Position numbers and translations under genes: made by a program. A stretch of DNA of 64,000 nt, from the NCBI GenBank assembly GCA_002104905.1, contig MCFE01000171.1, positions 79,809 through 143,808 of the forward strand, given 5' to 3'. The notes below the pieces were generated by a model. It was not told the origin of the DNA, made no database searches, and saw only the letters and a list, made by a program, of their open reading frames with translations. Positions 40,896-52,398 of this stretch are shown one piece after another. Each line of letters opens with the position of its first letter. The first letter of the stretch is position 1. This DNA comes from Basidiobolus meristosporus CBS 931.73. Its lineage: Eukaryota; Fungi; Basidiobolomycota.

Positions 40896-41966
40896 TGTAG
40901 TGGGGTGACAGTGACACCCACTGACAAATGTGCTCATTCCCTTATTTTCTACTTCCCTATATCTCTACTACACTTATTTTAGTTTTATCCCATTTGTCTT
41001 ACCCAATCAGTACTATCCCATAAGCCGGTTGACTATCACACCTGCTTACCTTATTGCATAAGTTACCCCTCACTTTATGTAAGATTACTAGCTATAAGTA
41101 CTTCTAAATTAGGCAAGTACCCGCGCCAGTGCCCGTGACACATGATCAGCCCGTGTGACCATCCCTACCATTTCCATACCATATATGGTATCCCCATGTT
41201 ACACAGGTTTCAGAATACTGATTCCTGATTGGTTGGATGTGCTGTGCCTCTTAGAACCTTCCGGCACCTACTTAGAACATTCTTAGGTCATTCTGATGTC
41301 ATTAAGATTTCTATTGATATCCGGAACCTTCTGGAACACCATGATTAGTAATCACTTAGCCAGTAAGAAAAGTATATAAGGGAGGCTATCCCTCAACAAT
41401 AAATCATCATCCCTTTTATCAATATACCGACTTGTTGATTAGTGTGATCACTGCTACCTGCTGCTACCTGAACTTCCAACCCCAGACCACAGGACACTCC
41501 CAGGAAACCGCGCTGACAGCCAACTGACCTTGGAGGCACTACTTGTGAGGAATACTCAGAGTAGGTATCTTTTATTATATTTGGTTCTTTCCCAAGTTTG
41601 TTCTTGTACAGGCAAAGATACTTTTCTGTCTTTGTAACTATTGACCACAGCTGCATTCTTATCAAGTCCCTGCTGGTGGAGTTTACAGTTGTTTTGACTT
41701 TGGAAGCTTTAGTACATTGTCATCTCAAAGGACACTGAACCCAGCACATACTTTTGTTAAGACGCCAACTAAGTTGGGGATTGTAGCTCAATAGTTTTCC
41801 CTTGACAAGCTTGTGGCTTTATTCCCCTTCACATTAGATTAGAGACAGAACCCAAGTATTCCTAGCAAGCTTTTGCCAGAGGTTATCGCACCCAGTGAAC
41901 ACCCCACACACAAAACACTTGAGAAGTGTTGGACGTATCTCTCCCTTGGACTTATACACCACCACA
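40896..41966 (+). repeat. Solo LTR family 5 (1071 bp), TSD GCGC/GCAC
   Basis: TGTAGTGG...CCACCACA, TATATAA followed by AATAAA near 41370-41400. Confidence 0.92.
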
Positions 41967-42118
41967 GCACGCGCGTTGACCCGACGGGCGTTGACTCAAT
42001 GCGCGTTGACTTGACGCAGGGCGTTCTGGTAAAGGGTGTTGGCGTGGTCTGGACTGACATGCGCCGGCGAGCTGTGGTTGCAAGAGATGGTAGGGCATCC
42101 AGCGAGGCGTGCTGGCGC

Positions 42119-43190
42119 TGTGGTGGTGTATAGGTCTAAGGGAGAGATATGTCCAACACTTCTCAAGTGTTTTGTGTGTGGGGTGTTCACTGGGTGCGAT
42201 AACCTCTGGCAAAAGCTTGCTAGGAATACTTGGGTTCTGTCTCTAATCTAATGTGAAGGGGAATAAAGCCACAAGCTTGTCAAGGGAAAACTATTGAGCT
42301 ACAATTCCCAACTTAGTTGGCGTCTTAACAAAAGTATGTGCTGGGTTCAGCGTCCTTTGAGATGACAATGTACTAAAGCTTCCAAAGTCAAAACAACTGT
42401 AAACTCCACCAGCAGGGACTTGATAAGAATGCAGCTTTGGTCAATAGTTACAAAGACAGAAAAGTATCTTTGCCTGTACAAGAACAAACTTGGGAAAGAA
42501 TCAAATATAATAAAAGATACCTACTCTGAGTATTCCTCACAAGTAGTGCCTCCAAGGTCAGTTGGCTGTCAGCACGGTTTCCTGGGAGTGTCCTGTGGTC
42601 TAGGGTTGGAAGTTCAGGTAGCAGCAGGTAGCAGTGATCACACTAATCAACAAGTTGGTATATTGATAAAAGGGATGATGATTTATTGTTGAGGGATAGC
42701 CTCCCTTATATACTTTTCTTCACTGGCTAAGTGATTACTAATCATGGTGTTCCAGAAGGTTCCGGAGTTCAATAGAAATCTTAATGACATCAGAATGACC
42801 TAAGAATGTTCTAAGTAGGTGCCGGAAGGTTCTAAGAGGCACAGCACATCCAACCAATCAGGAATCAGTATTCTGAAACCTGTGTAACATGGGGATACCA
42901 TATATGGTATGGAAATGGTAGGGATGGTCACACGGGTTGATCATGTGTCACGGGTACTGGCGCGGGTACTTGCCTAATATAGAAGCACTTGTAACTAGTA
43001 ATCTTACATAAAGTGAGGGGTAACTTATGCAATAAGGTAAGCAGGTGTGATAGTCAACCGGCTTATGGGATAGTACTGATTGGGTAAGACAAATGGGATA
43101 AAACTAAAATAAGTGTAGTAGAGATATAGGGAAGTAGAAAATAAGGGAATGAGCACATCTGTTAGTGGGTGTCACTGTCACCCCACTACA
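42119..43190 (-). repeat. Solo LTR family 5 (1072 bp), inverted, TSD GCGC/GCGC
   Basis: Reverse complement of 40896-41966; GCGC at 42115 and 43191. Confidence 0.93.
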
Positions 43191-44197
43191 GCGCAATCTG
43201 GACAATGTTGCTCGCGGTCTGTATTCTGCCTCCTGAAGCTCACCATCTGATTCCTCAAGGTATTCACTTACCCTCTGTCTGATACTTTGGAGCTGTTGCC
43301 TGGATGAGTCCTGTGTATATTGCTCTCGGAAGCCACTTAGCTCTACTAATATATCACGTAGTACATTAGTCATTTGAGGCAAAAACTCATTCAAAATCTC
43401 TTTGGTTCCCAAAGTTGAGGCACGAACGGACGCATCCGGCCCGTACTGTGCAAATTGCGCGCAAAATTGTTCCCGCGCGGCTTCCTTGTCAAATCCCCTC
43501 ACTCTCAGCTCATTCTTGATTTCAATACTTGTCTTGTTATATATCTTTTTACATACATTGGCTGGCATCTTGATGTAGAACTCATGCCACAGCTTTCTAC
43601 TCAAATTCTTCCATCCTTGTCAACTCTCTGAGGTATCTAGTTCTGCTAGATTAATCAGTAGTGCCCAAATATCTGTATGAAGGCTCATCATAGACACTTG
43701 GGCCATACTAAAATCATTTGGCGAGAACTCGAACGGATCCAACATCGACTTTTCCGGTCCGAACCGCGCTTGTGAGCTGGGGGATGGGTTTTGTCTGGGT
43801 TGTACTAAAGATGAGTTGAGGCTTGGTATGGGGACCATAGCAACGGATTTGGATACTTATACAGCAGTATATTGGCATCAACCTGGTCTTATATGAAATA
43901 TATATGAAAACTAAAGTGATTGTTGAATTTTCCATATATTATGCATGATGCATCTCGGATTGCATTGACACGGATCAGATCACATCAATTGCAGATTTCC
44001 TATTTGATTATAGACCTATGATTAAAGCATCAATAAAAGTACCAAGGCATTGTTTGCGGATGATTTTTGCAACATAATGATGGGATACATGGCAATTGAT
44101 GGAGATTTAACCATAATGTGTTAAAAATCAGATAAATAACGCAGATCGCGCCAAATCAATTCAAACCGCCTCCATACAATCATCCATCAATTTTAAT

Positions 44198-45082
44198 ATG
44201 ACTTACTCATCTGAATGGTCTTTTCTCATCAATCCCATCACTACCACTGGATTTCCTTTTGACACACTGGAGGAGATCTATTCCAAGTACTGTGGACCAT
44301 CAACCCCAATCTACTCAAGGAGATCCCTTGTTAAGCTTCTCTGCAATTACAAGAACTATTGCCCTACAAGGTTTCATCCCACCATCCATGGCAACAAAAG
44401 TCCTAGAAGCTTTCATTCCCAGCAGACAGCAATGGAGAACCATCTTGCAGAGGGTATGAATGACTTAGAGCAAGCTTGGAATACTAGGTTCAGAAGCTCC
44501 AATAGACTTCCATATCCCAGAGTGTTCAGCAACAGGTTCCATATCAGGAGTATTTTGGATACCTTCCCAGTGAGGATTAACAGACCTTCTAGAGGGCAGA
44601 GGCACTTTTATTCTCGCAAGTACAAGGCACACTGTGTGAAGTTTCAAGCACTGTCTGACATTGAGGGTAACATCATCTGGTTTAGTGGGCCATTTGCTGG
44701 AAGTAGTCATGACAAAGCACTCTGGGTAGAGAATCATCCTGAATTCAGTAGAGGGGAGAAATGTATGGCAGACTTGGCCTATATAGGAGAGGATTGTCAG
44801 AGATTAGGATGTATTACAGCTTATAGGAAGCCAAGGAATGTTGTGCTTAGCAGGAAGCAGAAGCTCTACAATGAGATATTTAATCATTTCAGAGTAAGGG
44901 TAGAGCACACATTTGGATATCTGAAGAGATTCAGCATATTGGCAGGTAAATACAGAGGAAAGTCATATATAGGAGAAAACAGCAGAATAGGTAAAATAGT
45001 TAAGATACTTATCAATGCACAGTATGTTCATACAAGAAGACATCCACTGAGAGAAATGTGTCTGGAGCATTATGAAGAGTAA
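44198..45082 (+). CDS. DDE_Tnp_4 (PIF/Harbinger/ISL2-type) transposase, 294 aa, open frame; true start may lie upstream
   Basis: ILDTFPVRINRP, FYSRKYKAHCVKFQ, GSSHD, MADLAYIG, RVRVEHTFGYLKRFSIL. Confidence 0.9.
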   Translation: MTYSSEWSFLINPITTTGFPFDTLEEIYSKYCGPSTPIYSRRSLVKLLCNYKNYCPTRFHPTIHGNKSPRSFHSQQTAMENHLAEGMNDLEQAWNTRFRSSNRLPYPRVFSNRFHIRSILDTFPVRINRPSRGQRHFYSRKYKAHCVKFQALSDIEGNIIWFSGPFAGSSHDKALWVENHPEFSRGEKCMADLAYIGEDCQRLGCITAYRKPRNVVLSRKQKLYNEIFNHFRVRVEHTFGYLKRFSILAGKYRGKSYIGENSRIGKIVKILINAQYVHTRRHPLREMCLEHYEE

Positions 45083-45169
45083 ATAAAGCAAGGAAAGCAC
45101 TATTCTGAGCAACATAAGTAAGATTGAGTAAAATTACCAGTAACTGTATCATACCACTGGCATCATGGT

Positions 45170-45265
45170 AGAAATTATAGTGCCAGATAGTGCCGTAGAG
45201 TGCCAGATCGATCCGGCACTATAAACCGGCTGGCACTATGTGGCACTATCCAACGGAACAAGTCT
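45170..45265. promoter_or_regulatory. Subterminal AGTGCC/GGCACT repeat cluster (putative transposase-binding sites)
   Basis: Three AGTGCC followed by three inverted GGCACT next to the right TIR; also in H4, H5 and the fold-back MITE. Confidence 0.6.
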
Positions 45266-46569
45266 ATTGCTCCAGACACATTTCTCTGAGTGGATGTCTT
45301 CTTGTATGAATATACTGTGCATTAATAAGTATATTAGCTATTTTACCTATTCTGCTGTTTTCTCCCACATACAACTTTCCTCTGTATTTACCAGCCAATA
45401 TGCTGAATCTCTTCAGAAATCCAAATGTATGCTCTACCCTCACTCTGACATGATTAAATATTTCATTGTAGAGTGTCTGCTTCCTGCTATGCACACCATT
45501 CCTTGGCTTCCTATATGCTGTACTATATCCTAACCTCTGACAATCCTCTTCTATATGAGCTAAGTCTGCCATACATTTCTCCCCTTTGCCAAGTTCAGGA
45601 TGATTCTCTACCCAGAGTGCTTTGTCATGCCTACTTCCAGCAAATGGCCCACTAAACCAGATGATGTTACCCTCAATGTCAGACAGTGATTGAAACTTCA
45701 CAGTGTGCCTTGTACTTGCCAGAATAAAAGTGCCTCTGCCCTCTAGAAGTTCTGTTAATCCTCACTGGGAAGGTATCCAAAATACTCCTGATATGGAACC
45801 TGTTGCTGAACCCTCTGGGATGTGGAAGTCTATTGGAGCATCTGAGCCAAGTATTCCAAGCTTGCTCTAAGTCATTCATTCCTTCTGCAAGGTGGTTCTC
45901 CATTGCTGTCAGCTGGGAATGAAAGCTTCTAGGACTTTTGCTACCATGGATGGTGGGATGAAGCCTTGTGGGGCAATAGTTTCTGTAATAGCAGAGATGC
46001 TCAACAAGGGATCCCCTTATATAGATTGAGGTAGATGGTCCACTGTACTTGGTATAGGTCTCCTCTACTGTGTTGAAAGGAGATCCAGTGGTGGTGATGG
46101 GATTGATGAGAAAAGACCATTCAGATGAGTAAGTCATATCAAAATTGATAGGTGCTTGGGCTGAGGTGAATTCAATTAATTTGGGGCAATCAGCTTTATT
46201 TATCTGATTTCCATTCATTATGATTAAATATCCATCAACTGCCATGTATCCCATCATTAGGTTGCAAAAATCATCCTCAAACAATGACTTGGTACTTTTA
46301 TTGATGCTTTACTCTCAAGTTTATAATCAAATTGAAAATCTGCAATTGGTGTGATCCAATCTGTGCCAATGGAAACCCAGATGCATCATGCATTATATAA
46401 GGAAAACTCAGCAATCACATTAGTTTTCATTTATATTTCAAATAAGACCGGGTAGATGCCAATACAATACTGTATATGCATCCAAATTCATCACCATGGT
46501 CCCTATACCAAGTCTCAACTGATGTTTAGTACAACCCAGACAAAACACATCCCCAGCTCACAAGCACAG

Positions 46570-48714
46570 TGTAGTGGGGTCACAGTGACACCTACTGACA
46601 GATGTGCTCATTGCCATATTTTCTACTTCCCTATTTCTCTGCTACACTTATTTTAGTTTTATCCCATTTATCTTACCTGATCAGTACTTTCCCATAAGCC
46701 AGTTGACTATCACAGCTGCTTGCCTTATTGCATAAGTTATCCCTCACTTTATATAAGATTACTATGGGTAAGCAATTCTATATTTGGCAGGGACCCATGC
46801 CAGTTCCTGTGACACATGATCAACCCATTTCATCATCTCTACCATTTCTATACCATACATGGTATCCCTATGTTACACAGGTTTCAGAGTGCTGATTGCT
46901 GATTGGTTCAATATGCTGTGCCTCTTAGAACCTTCCAACACCTACTTAGAGCACTCTTAGCGTACTCAGATGTCATTAAGATTTTCATTGCCCTCCGGTG
47001 TAGTGGTGTATAGGTCCAAGGGAAAGATACGTCCAACACTTCTCAAGTGTTTTGTGTGTAGGATATTCACTGGGTGCAATAACCTCTGGCAAAAGCTTGC
47101 TAGGAATACTTTGGTTCTGTCTCTAATCTAATGTGATGGGGAATTAAGCCACAAGCTTGTCACAGGAAAACTATTGAGCTACAATCCCCAACTTAGTTGG
47201 CCTCTTAACAAAAGTATGTGCTGGGTTCAGCGTCTTTTGAGATGACAATGTACTAAAGCTTCCAAAGCCAAAACAACTGTAAACTCCACCAGCAGGGACT
47301 TGATAAGAATGCAGCTGTGGTCTATAGTTACAAAGACAGAGAAGTATCTTTGCCTGTTCAAGAACAAACTTGGGACAGAATCAAATATAATAAAAGATAC
47401 CTACTCTGAGTATTCCTCACAAGTAGTGCCTCTAAGGTCAGTTGGCTGTCAGCACAGTTTCCTGGGAGTGTCCTGTGGTCAGGGGTTGGAAGTTCAGGTA
47501 GCAGCAGGTAGCAGTGATGACACTAATCAACAAGTTGGTATATTGATAAAAGGGATGATGATTTATTGTAGAGGGATAGCCTCCCTTATATACTTTTCTC
47601 ACTGGCTAAGTGAATACTAATCACGGTGTTCCAGAAGGTTCCAGATATCAATAGAAATCTTAATGACATCAAAATGACCTAAGAATGTTCTAAGTAGGTG
47701 CCAGAAGGTTCTAAGAGGCACAGCACATCCAACCAATCAGGAATCAGTATTCTGAAACCTGTGTAACATGGGGATACCATATATGGTATGGAAATGCTAG
47801 GAATGGTGACACAGGTCGATCATGTGTCACAGGTACTGGCACGGGTACTTGCCTAATATAGAAGTACTTATAGCTAGTACTCTTACATAAAGTGAGGGGT
47901 AACTTATGCAATAAGGTAAGCAGGTGTGATAGTCAACCGGCTTATGGGATAGTACTGATTGGGTAAGACAAATGGGATAAAACTAAAATAAGTGTAGTAG
48001 AGATATAGGGAAGTAGAAAATAAGGGAATGAGCACATCTGTCAGTGGGTGTCACTGTCACCCCACTACACCAGAGCCATCTGGAACACCATGATTAGTAA
48101 TCTCTTAGCCAGTGAGGAAAGTATATAAGGGAGGCAATCCCTCAACAATAAATCATCATCCCTTTTATCAATATACCAACTTGTTGATTAGTGTCATCAC
48201 TGCTACCTGCTGCTACCTGAACTTCCAACCCCTGACCACAGGACACTCCCAGGAAACTGTGCTGACAGCCAACTGACCTTAGAGGCACTACTTGTGAGGA
48301 ATACTCAGAGTAGGTATCTTTTATTATATTTGATTCTTTGCCAAGTTTGTTCTTGAACAGGCAAAGATACTTCTCTGTCTTTGTAACTATAGACCACAGC
48401 TGCATTCTTATCAAGTCCCTGCTGGTGGAGCTTACAGTTGTTTTGACTTTGGAAGCTTTTGTACATTGTCATCTCAAAGGACGCTGAACCCAGCACATAC
48501 TTTTGTTAAGAGGCCAACTATGTTGGGGATTGTAGCTCAATAGTTTTCCTGTGACAAGCATGTGGCTTAATTCCCCATCACATTATATTAGAGACAGAAC
48601 CAAAGTATTCCTAGCAAGCTTTTGCCAGATGTTATTGCACCCAGTGAACACCCTACACACAAAACACTTGGAAGTGTTGGATGTATCTCTCTCTTGGACT
48701 TATACACAACCATA
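46570..48714 (+). repeat. Solo LTR family 5 in H3 ORF2, split by a nested copy; TSD ACAG/GTGG (inferred original GCGG)
   Basis: 429+641 bp = 1070 bp; empty site in H2 reads cacaagcGCGGttc. Confidence 0.85.
46999..48069 (-). repeat. Solo LTR family 5 nested in another copy of itself; TSD CCGG/CCAG
   Basis: 1071 bp; empty site in 40896 copy reads tatCCGGaacc. Confidence 0.9.
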
Positions 48715-51664
48715 GTGGTCTGGACCTGAGAAGTCATGTTGGATCAATTTGAGTTCTTACCAAATGATTTTGGTATGGCCCAAGTGCCTATGTTGAGCCT
48801 TCATATATATATATTTGGACACTACTCATTAAGCTAGCAGAACTAGATACCTCAGAGACTCAACAGGCATGGAAAAACCTCAGTGGAAAGCCTTGGCATG
48901 AGTTCTACATCAAGATGCCAGTGGATGTATGTAAGAAGATATAAAAAGAGAGTATTGAAATCAAGAATGAGCTGAGAGTGAGGGGATTTGATGAGGATGC
49001 CATGCAGGAACAACTTTACACGCAATTTGCCCAGCACAGGCCAGACAGATTGGTTTGTGCCTCTACTATGGGAACCAAAGAGATTTTGAATGAGTTTTTG
49101 CCTCGACTGACTAATGGATTATGTGATATATTAGTAGAGTTAAGTGGCCTCCAAGAGCAATACACACAGGACTCTTCCAGGCAACTGTTCCAGAGTATCA
49201 AACAGAGGGTAAGTGATTACCTTGAGGAATCAGAAGGTGAGCTTCAAGAGGAGGAATACAGACCGCAAGCAACAGCATCTTGATCACACCAGCATGCCTT
49301 GCTGGATTCCTTACCATCCCTTGCAACTTCAGTGTGCCAGTTCATGTTAGTCCAAACTATGCCAGCACCCTTCACAAGAGCACACCACATTGAGTCAACA
49401 CATGTCAGGTCAATAAACACGCTTCAGAGCAAAACCACCAGAGCTTGCCAAACTGGTAATTTAGACACAAGTCCATTGGAGCAAACCAAGTTACATTAGC
49501 AAGTGTCATCACATCAAACTCAGCCAAGGGCAATGCCAGGGCATCAAGTTGCACTTGCATGTGCTATTACACCTGACCATCAGCAAGTTTCTTCTGGTGA
49601 ACTGACTGGTGATGACCCACATGAAGTGCCTCCACCACCAGAGCCTTTGGTAAGTAAAAAGCACTTCAGCACATAGCACCACAGGCCAGCTTAGTGACAT
49701 TATCCCAAGCAATCAAGCATTGCCAAACTGCAGCATTGCACTTGTCAACTAAGAGGCAAAATACTTACTATAAGTACAGAAGTAGCCAAGAGGATAGTCA
49801 ACCAGTAGGTAACTTAGGTGTGCAAAGTGAATCCTTACCAAATACCTCAGTAGTAGTCCCTGTGAGAAAAAACCTAGGAGAAGATGATGTAATTGCATGG
49901 AATTAGTATTATTTGTCCTGATCTAAGCCATGTACTTTTGTTACAATACAAATGGAGCCATTGCAAATCAGTGATCACTAAATTTTTGATACAAGCAATA
50001 TCAAGATTGTCTCACATTTGAAAGAGAACCCCTATAAATAAACACCCTGCATATATATACATCATCTGTTACACCAGTGCAGCCATTTAATCTGTATTGC
50101 ACCTATTCAATTGGCTACATTATAGCTATGATACCTTGTCCAATCTTTAAGATCAGGGATTTATAGCTCAATGGGCAAAATAGGATATTTGATGGCAAAT
50201 CAGGTAGCTTGTTTAGTAGTCAATGAGCCAAATGGGGGCTGCCAGCTGCAGGATACTTTTGGACTAGTCAACCATGGAGATATCATCCAATTGGAGTGAT
50301 GGTAACCAAAATGGCAAGTATCAGTGTAGCTTATGTTATGATATGCATTTATTTACATTTACATTAGAGAAACATATTCAAATACTGTATTTTACCTACC
50401 ATATTAGCAATATCCACCTGTCCATGTGATGCAAACATTACAAGCTGGCACAATCATCTGTACCAACCTCATTGTGTAAGATTGCGCAATAATGTGTGAG
50501 AACATTGCACATGGTGCAAAATTGTACAAGAGCAATTCTGCCTACTGGTAGCTATAATATTGTGCCTGATTGTTCTTAGAGACTGCAGATTGCGCCACTT
50601 GCCCTGGCACAGTACAATAGAACAAGTCTAATGCTTTTATATCACTTTTCTGTCAATACCAATGCAATGTTAGAACAATCTTGTATTTGCAACATTGCAC
50701 CTAATAAGCCATTATAGTAAAACTTCTATTTTACCAGATTCTTAGGTGCTCCAAGTGTCTCCAAAGGCATATGGGTGTCTTTTGCACTATCCCAAAAAGC
50801 TCCTTGATGACAGGTCAGAGGAGTAACTGCTGATAGTAGGTGCAGCAAGTAATAGCCAATCAATAGAGGGAAAATGTCACTGATAGAAGGAATGATTTAT
50901 CAATGAGGGGTTGAGTTGCCTAAGATGCTTTTTCTGATTGCTAAGTAATTAGTAATGGCAAGGTTGTAGAGAATCCAGACATCAGTGAAAATCTTGATGA
51001 GATCACTCTGAGTTAAAAATACTCCCAGAGGGTCCTGGAAAGTGCTAAAAGGCACAGCACATCCTGCCAATTGTGGACCAGTAGTGCAAAGCCTGTGAAA
51101 CATAGAGATACCGCATGCTGTATTAAATGCTTGGGACAGTAAGACTGACTTAGGTGATGTATCATGGGTATTTATGCAGGTAGTTGCCTAATGTAGATAC
51201 ATATATGCATTAGAAAGCTGAATAACATCTGGGATAACTAATGCTAATAACTAAGCAGGGTTGACATCATATGGGCATAATGCTAATGGTATGGGCAGAG
51301 AAGAATGGAATCTCACTGATAAGAAAAAATATTGAAAAGTTCACCATGATAGCTGAATGGATAAGCTTGTTTGTGGGAAGTAAGTTTACCCTGCCACACT
51401 GCAAGCTGAACATAATGCTCAGACAGATGGGAATGTAGCAAACATAGTACCTTTAGTTGCAGACCAGCAAGTGGCTGCAATAACATGACCAGCACCCATA
51501 TTAGCAAGCATGTTGTTAGCTGATGCCAAAGCATTAATGAAGAAATTAAATGCAGTGGCTTTTAGGATAGATGTAACAGCCCAGGGAAGGCAGGATATAA
51601 TATAGCAACAGGGTAAGCAGATAAAATGTGTAATGCATTTACTATCCTAGGTAGAGAAAACATT

Positions 51665-52398
51665 AGACTTGTTCCGTTGGATAGTGCCACATTGAGCCAT
51701 GAGTGCCACATGATGCCATAGTGTGCCAGAGAGGCCAAGTGAGCCTATACTTGGCCACAGAGTGTGAAACATGTATCTGCATCTTCATGCAAAGCAGCCC
51801 CTGTGTTTCACCTATGATGCAGGAGAAAATCCATTTTTTGACGTTTTTTTGTGAATCAATGTTATGCAGGATGTGTAAGAGCACAGAAGAACTGAAGACA
51901 TGCATCAGGTACTCCATACCCATGGCACTCTGAATCTAGCTCCTGTGGCTTGTAACATGTCACAACAATGCATGGCACTATCTTGGTCCACTGGTACTAT
52001 CTGGCACTATATTTAATTATTAGCCCTAAAGTAAGATCTATACAAAGCACTTATAGTGCCAGATAGTACCAGTGGACCAAGATAGTGCCATGCATTGTTG
52101 TGACTTGTTACAAGCCACAGGAGCTAGATTCAGAGTGCCATGGGTATTAAGTACCAAATGCATATCTGCAATCCTTTTGTGCTCTTACACATCCTGCACA
52201 ACATTGACCTAAAAAAAAAGGTCAAAAAATGGATTTTCTCCAACACAATTGGTGAAACACAGGGGCTGCTTTGCATGAAGATGCAGATCTATGTTTCACA
52301 CACTGTGGCCAGGTAGAGGCTCACTTGGCCTCCCTGGCACACTATGGCATCATTTGGCACTCATGGCTCAATGTGGCACTATCCAACGGAACAAGTCT
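51665..52398. mobile_element. 734-bp fold-back MITE with PHIS right-end termini
   Basis: 347-bp inverted arms (51665-52011, 52052-52398), 40-bp spacer; ends AGACTTGTTCCGTTGGATAGTGCCACAT; flanks ATT/AAT. Confidence 0.9.

Larger units (their letters stand above)
40416..43838 (-). pseudogene. Accessory ORF2 of H2 (reconstructed 423 aa), disrupted by two solo LTRs and one TGA
   Basis: Removing each LTR plus one TSD copy gives 1272 nt in one frame ending PVRKKPRRR*; homologs in H1, H3, H4. Confidence 0.82.
39673..45265 (+). mobile_element. PHIS (PIF/Harbinger-group) transposon copy H2, best preserved; ~3.44 kb after removing two LTRs
   Basis: TIR AGACTTGTTCC at both ends, ATT duplicated (39670-72, 45266-68); removal restores the H3 transposase 3' end (ctcttcatATTgctcc). 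Confidence 0.93.
39482..50629 (-). mobile_element. PHIS transposon copy H3, containing H2 and two nested LTRs
   Basis: Decayed right end near 39482, transposase 45269-46284 (frameshifted), ORF2 remnant 46490-49880 on plus strand, left TIR ending 50629. Confidence 0.85.

Noticed and set aside
41393-41665. Recurrent 90-106 aa ORF MIRMQLWSIVTK... (five copies)
   Set aside because: Lies antisense inside LTR family 5 and starts at TTG; recurrence is explained by repeat copy number
40896-43190. Single large TIR/fold-back transposon
   Set aside because: Each arm has its own TSD and the spacer is in-frame ORF2 sequence, so these are two independent insertions
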